Below, in pieces: positions 31,866-32,000 of a DNA stretch of 32,000 bases. The position numbers and the translations under genes are program-made. Each line of letters starts with the position of its first letter. Position 1 is the first letter of the stretch. Source of the stretch: Candidatus Saccharimonadota bacterium (GTDB lineage: Bacteria > Patescibacteriota > Saccharimonadia > Saccharimonadales > UBA4665). The notes below the pieces were generated by a model. That model saw only the letters and a list, made by a program, of their open reading frames with translations, was not told where the DNA came from and searched no databases. The DNA is taken from NCBI GenBank assembly GCA_002952755.1, contig CP025011.1, forward strand, positions 240,001 through 272,000, given 5' to 3'.

Positions 31866-32000
31866 GATATCTTAGGAGAATTTTCAGATCCAGGCGCATC
31901 CATTCCTTACTACGGCGATCGGATGTTGACGCCTGTAACTCTCACGGATGATGATGTGGACTCTAGAATGGCGTCCACTCAGCTTGCTAATCGTCTACTA
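31860..32000 (+). CDS. Unidentified protein, 3'-partial (runs off the window), apparently leaderless
   Basis: ATG at 31860 lies 8 nt after the -10 hexamer. 47 codons stay open to the window end (MSDILGEFSDPGASIPYYGDRMLTPVTLTDDDVDSRMASTQLANRLL). It is not in the ORF track because it is under 60 aa within the window. Confidence 0.4.
   Translation, partial: MSDILGEFSDPGASIPYYGDRMLTPVTLTDDDVDSRMASTQLANRLL

Noticed and set aside
1-32000. Search for CRISPR arrays, rRNA, transposases, integrases, reverse transcriptase/DGR repeats and phage structural genes
   Set aside because: I noticed no regularly spaced direct repeats, no rRNA-like conserved segments, and no DDE, tyrosine-recombinase or RT (YxDD) motifs in any listed ORF. 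The only long-range DNA similarity seen is between the two hydrolase paralogs and among the three short repeats.

Overview
This 32-kb window comes from a compact, gene-dense bacterial chromosome using the standard genetic code (TGA, TAA and TAG all act as stops). I saw no rRNA, CRISPR array, transposase, integrase or reverse transcriptase. The left part (1-14.7 kb) mixes housekeeping and accessory genes: a 5'-partial sensor histidine kinase; tRNA-Glu(UUC) followed by a RelE/ParE-Phd/YefM toxin-antitoxin pair with a perfect 20-bp palindromic operator; a GT4 glycosyltransferase bracketed by two copies of a ~70-nt repeat, with a third copy at 9.2 kb; a Ham1/ITPase-like gene coupled to a truncated HATPase_c remnant; argS; an ATG-free promoter-to-terminator interval (ncRNA candidate); a divergent Qor/MarR pair; a ParB-like ORF; a PhzF-like gene; and a minus-strand operon of YerC(TrpR-like), hisG, hisD, hisB(N-domain phosphatase) and a serine hydrolase, which covers only the first and last steps of histidine synthesis. 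The right part (14.9-31.5 kb) is the unusual region. It holds two paralogous ~650-aa secreted SLT + amidase_2 + SH3-like peptidoglycan hydrolases, two secreted LAS/M15 metallopeptidases, two divergent APH-fold kinase-like paralogs (one with a substituted catalytic loop), an MFS transporter, two tandem Nudix hydrolases, and seven ORFs with no motif I recognise. Three of those ORFs form a tight minus-strand operon (25.1-27.6 kb), which I consider the best candidate for an undescribed system, possibly immunity or regulation tied to the hydrolase arsenal. Lineage cannot be assigned by eye. Patchy biosynthesis plus a wall-degrading arsenal would fit a reduced or episymbiotic lineage such as Patescibacteria, but that is a guess. 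All functional calls rest on motifs read from the supplied translations; no database search was run.
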